DNA of 64,000 bases from Mobula hypostoma (lineage: Eukaryota). The notes below the pieces were generated by a model, which ran no database searches, had not been told where the DNA came from, and was given only the letters and a program-made list of their open reading frames with translations. Location: NCBI RefSeq assembly GCF_963921235.1, contig NC_086097.1:90708001-90772000 (forward strand). Reading direction: 5' to 3'. This document shows, piece after piece, positions 60,447 to 64,000 of the stretch. The first letter of the stretch is position 1; every line of letters begins with the position of its first letter. The translations under genes and the position numbers were made by a program.

Positions 60447-63324
60447 AAGAATGACAGACAGTTCCATCTCTGCATTGGCGATTGAACTAGACTGTGGTGC
60501 AGGTGTGGTATCCAGGCAGACAGTCAAGCAAGGGGGGGAAGACAGGGAGGGGAACAGAACAGTCCAGCAGGGAATCCCTGGTTTGCAGAGGTATTTATGT
60601 CTCAGCCCCAAAACGAGAATCATGTGCCTACAACAGAAACTGGGGAAAACCAGAAACCCTGGAATAAGGAATGATGGACCAGACAGTGAACCAGAATATG
60701 GACTCCACGGACTGGACCATGACAGGATGCCAGTTTGGAGGAAATAGGAGCTGTTATACTGCAGGGTGGGAGGCCTGTGACGTATGGATCACAATCATTT
60801 ACGGACTGTCAATGCCGATATGCACAAATCGAGAAGGAATTACTCGCCATAGTTTATGGGTATGAGAAGTTCCACCAATATGTATATGGCAAAGAAATCC
60901 AGGTTGAGAGTGATCACAAACAACTTGAGAGCATCTTCAAAAAGCCACTCCACCAAGCTCCTATGAGGCTGCAAAGGATGCTTCTCAGGCTACAGAGGTA
61001 CACTCTCACAGTCACCTATAAGCCAGGAAAAGAACTGTACATCGCTGATGCTTTGAGCCATGCTTACCTCAAAGAGCAAAAGGAAGAGTTGCTAGGAAGA
61101 GAGCTGGAGGTCAACTGGGTTACACCTCAACTACCCATCTCTGAGGAGAAGTTGAACATGTTCAGGAAAGCGACTGCAGATGATCCTGAAATGCAAATGC
61201 TAAGAGACATTACAATGAATGGATGGCCAACAGAAAGAAAAGATGTTCCAAAGGAAATGCAGAAATACTGGACATTTAAAGAGGAAATCAGCTATGCATC
61301 AGGACTACTGTTTAAAACGGCAAAACTCATCGTACCAAACCAAATGAGACAGGAAATACTCAACAGAATTCATGAATCACACCTGGGGATAGTGAAATGT
61401 AAAGAAAGAGCAAGGGACATTCTCTATTGGCCAGGCATGTCAACTCAGATAGAAGACATTGTGTCTCAGTGTGCTGTCTGTAATGAAAACAAAAACAGCA
61501 ATCCAAGAGAGCCTCTGCTTCCCCACCCACTACCAGGAAGACCATGGGAGAAGATTAGCACAATCTCTTTCACTACAATGGTGCAGAATATCTGCTTTGT
61601 GTGGACTACTATTCAAAATATCCAGAGATCACCAAGTTAAGTGACACATCCAGTCGAGGTGTCATTACCACAATGAAGCCGACATTCGCAAGACGTGGTA
61701 TTCCAGATATTGTTGTTAGTGACGATGGTCCACAATATGCCAGTGGTGAGTTCAGAGGGTTCTCAGAAAGCTGGGAATTTCAACATGTTACTTCCAGTCC
61801 AGGGCACGCTCAGTCTAATGGACAAGCAGAGGGAACTGTACAAACTGTCAAGAACATGCTCAAGAAGGCACAAAGCAGCAACGGTGACCCTTACATTGCT
61901 CTGCTTGAATACCGCAACACACTGACTGAGGGTGTGGGGTTCTCTCCTGCGCAGCTGTTGATGGGACATTGTCTGAAGTCCAAACTGCCAGCATCCACAA
62001 CTCTACTGACTCCTGAAGGTAATGCTCAAGTACGTGACAAGCAAAAGTACAAGCAGATAAAGCAAAAGAGCTACTATGACAGACATACAAGACAGTTGCC
62101 AGATCTGCATACAGGTGAAAATGTCAGAGTACAGAGAGGAGACACTTGGCAACCAGCTGTGGTTGTGAACAGACATCAGCAACCAAGATCCTTCATAGTT
62201 CGGATGGAAGAGTCTACAGGAGGAACAGGAAGCATATGCTGAAGACAGGCGAGAGGGAGTTTCCACGCACAGATGCACAGGACATTTCCGTATATACAAA
62301 CATGGAAACAAACGACACCAAGAGTGATGCAGACGGTAAAGACACAGAGGTCACTCGAGAGACTGACACGGATGAAGGACAAGCACAGTCACAGTTGTAT
62401 CACACACGGTCTGGGAGACAAGTCAAACCTCCAGCTCGATACAGAGACTAGACATACATACAGTCTCACACAGTTTGAGGCAAAGTCTCACGTGTTATAA
62501 GTTCCAAGGTGTGAAATAAAAGGTTTATTAGTCTATGTTAGTAAAAGAAAATACACTGCTGTTAGTATTGTAAGATACAATGCAGAATACAGTACAAGAA
62601 GTTAAGATTTTTTTAGTTTATGTCATGGTTGTTGCACTGTAAAAAGGGCATATCTAGAGGTCTTGTTTTGGTAATTCACAGTGTTTTAAAAAAAATCTTG
62701 AGAAGGGGAATGTAATGTATTGTGTGAGTATTTGTAGCGTCAGAGTGCGTATGACGTCAGGACGTGGAGAAGTAAAAAATGGAAGTCTGTTGAATAAACA
62801 TGGTTGTTCAATCTACATCGGTGTCCAAGTCACATCAATATTACACTCTGAACCCCTTTTTTTTCTTTTATGGCCTTCTGTCTCTTTCACCAATCAACTT
62901 CCCAGCTCTTTACTTCAATCTTCCCCCTCCAGGTTTCACCCATCACCTGGTGTTTCTCTCTCCCCTCCCCCCACATTTAAATCTGCTCTCTAGCTCTTTT
63001 CTTCAGGCCTGCTGAAGGGGTTTGGCCCAAAACATCGAATGAACTCTTTTCCTAGATGCTGCCTGGCCTGCTGAGTTCCTCCAGCATTTTGTGCCTGTTT
63101 CTTGGACTTCTAGCATCTGCAGATTTTCTTTGGTTTGTGACACATTTTACAGAGTTGTTCTCCCAGTCTGTTGCTGAGAGCTCCGTCCAACTCCACAACT
63201 CCAAACCCCAAAATGACAAAAATTGCAGGCAAGTGGGAACACCCCCACCTGCAGGTTGCCCTCCAAGTCACGTTGCACCCAGACAAGGAAATACAGCTTA
63301 TCAGTATTTGTAATTCAAACATCA

Positions 63325-63460
63325 CAGATGCTGGAAATCAGAAGTATATACAGACAATACTGGAAGTATTCAACAGATCAAGCAGCATCTAACGAAAGCT
63401 CTCTGACTGGAAACTCTGTTTCTCTGAACTGCTGAGTGTTTCCAGCAATTTCTGTTTTAC
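63325..63460. mobile_element. Palindromic pair of Penelope termini, core deleted
   Basis: CAGATGCTGGAAAT..CTGGAAGTATTCAACAG versus CTGCTGAGTGTTTCCAGCA arms. Confidence 0.6.
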
Positions 63461-64000
63461 TGTAGAATATCTGAAATCTCTGCCACCACTTTCAAGTCAC
63501 TTTAAAAGCACTAATCTTTTGAAATGTGGCTCCTCAGAGTGCTAGACATCGGAGAGCAAGTCTGTCTTTACTCTTGGGGGAATCCAGACTATTCTCTCCC
63601 TATTTTTGGTTTCATGGACAGTTTTGTCCCATCCCCAGCCTATTTTGCAGCCACGGTCTGTGCAGCCTACCCAGCACACAAACACTCATAATGGTGGGGC
63701 AGGCTTGAGGGGGCCTGGTGGCTTACCCCTCCTCTGATTTATGATGGCCTCTGTATTGTGTTGCCTCTTACAGTCTAGGAATTTGGACCCTAGATACAGA
63801 GAGACTGGACAGGCTGACGGTTGATTCCCATCTTCTCATCATCCTTGGAAAAAGCAATTTACTGCTATTTTACTTATTTGGGAGTTAAAATTACTAAGAG
63901 ACGTAAGGATTTATTCAAGTCCAATCTTTTACCGTTAATTAGTCAGGTTAAACAACTGATTACTAAATGGTCCCTATTGTCTCTATCACTGATTGGCTGA

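Larger units (their letters stand above)
57778..60724 (-). mobile_element. Solo LTR (~1.2 kb net) inserted in the RNase H region
   Basis: 5-bp TSD GGATG (57773-57777, 60725-60729); ends AGTCAT (T>A relative to the copy ending at 20807) ... ATGACA; removal restores GTG GAT GCC AGT (VDAS). Confidence 0.85.
55601..62451 (+). pseudogene. gag-pol, frameshifted and interrupted at 57778-60724
   Basis: gag ENWKMWIQKF; knuckles CNSCGYKH..CPAFGLTCKLCQKINHF..C; protease FKLDTGA; RT RICMDPQDLN, NIIDDVLI; RNase H VDAS..IGAVIL..YAQIEKELLAI; integrase HESHLG..C..C, VSDDGPQY, QSNGQAE. Confidence 0.92.
55418..62845 (+). mobile_element. Ty3/Gypsy (Mag-like) LTR retrotransposon, degenerate
   Basis: 135-bp LTRs at 55418-55552 and 62711-62845 (9 mismatches counted); PBS TGGTGTCAGAAG (tRNA-Leu-like) 55553-55564; PPT AGAAGGGGAA 62701-62710; no clean TSD. 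Confidence 0.93.
55165..63135 (+). mobile_element. Penelope 3' part (55165-55417 plus 62846-63135), split by the Mag-like Gypsy
   Basis: VATHFNSTSHSHSGMSI, then C/T-rich UTR resuming after 62845 and ending in a degenerate terminus (63004-63135). Confidence 0.75.

Noticed and set aside
1..64000. Prokaryotic operons, defence systems or rRNA
   Set aside because: No gene-dense structure or rRNA similarity; content is vertebrate-type interspersed repeats.

Overview
Eukaryotic, repeat-dominated, apparently intronic or intergenic DNA. The repeat set (CR1, Penelope, Rex1-type and RTE LINEs, V-SINE/HE1-like and Deu-type SINEs, Ty3/Gypsy) suggests a cartilaginous fish, probably a ray or shark; this is an inference. 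No intact host gene is recognisable, and essentially all long ORFs are decayed transposon ORFs. Main structures: (1) a degenerate Ty3/Gypsy element with a PNMA-like gag and a -1 frameshift site (8901-14749, -); (2) a Mag-like Ty3/Gypsy element (55418-62845, +) carrying a nested solo LTR, which in turn carries an ORF1-only L1 (HAL1-like); (3) a Penelope element with RT and GIY-YIG domains whose terminus holds an intact minimal type I hammerhead ribozyme (25773-25810); (4) about a dozen further copies of that ribozyme-bearing terminus, several as short palindromes, one with its own 11-bp TSD; (5) several solo LTRs with TSDs; (6) three copies of a ~0.67-kb non-coding retroposon; (7) Tc1- and Harbinger-type non-autonomous DNA elements. 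A few splice-signal-bounded segments on the + strand hint at an unidentified host transcript. Boundaries of decayed fragments are approximate.
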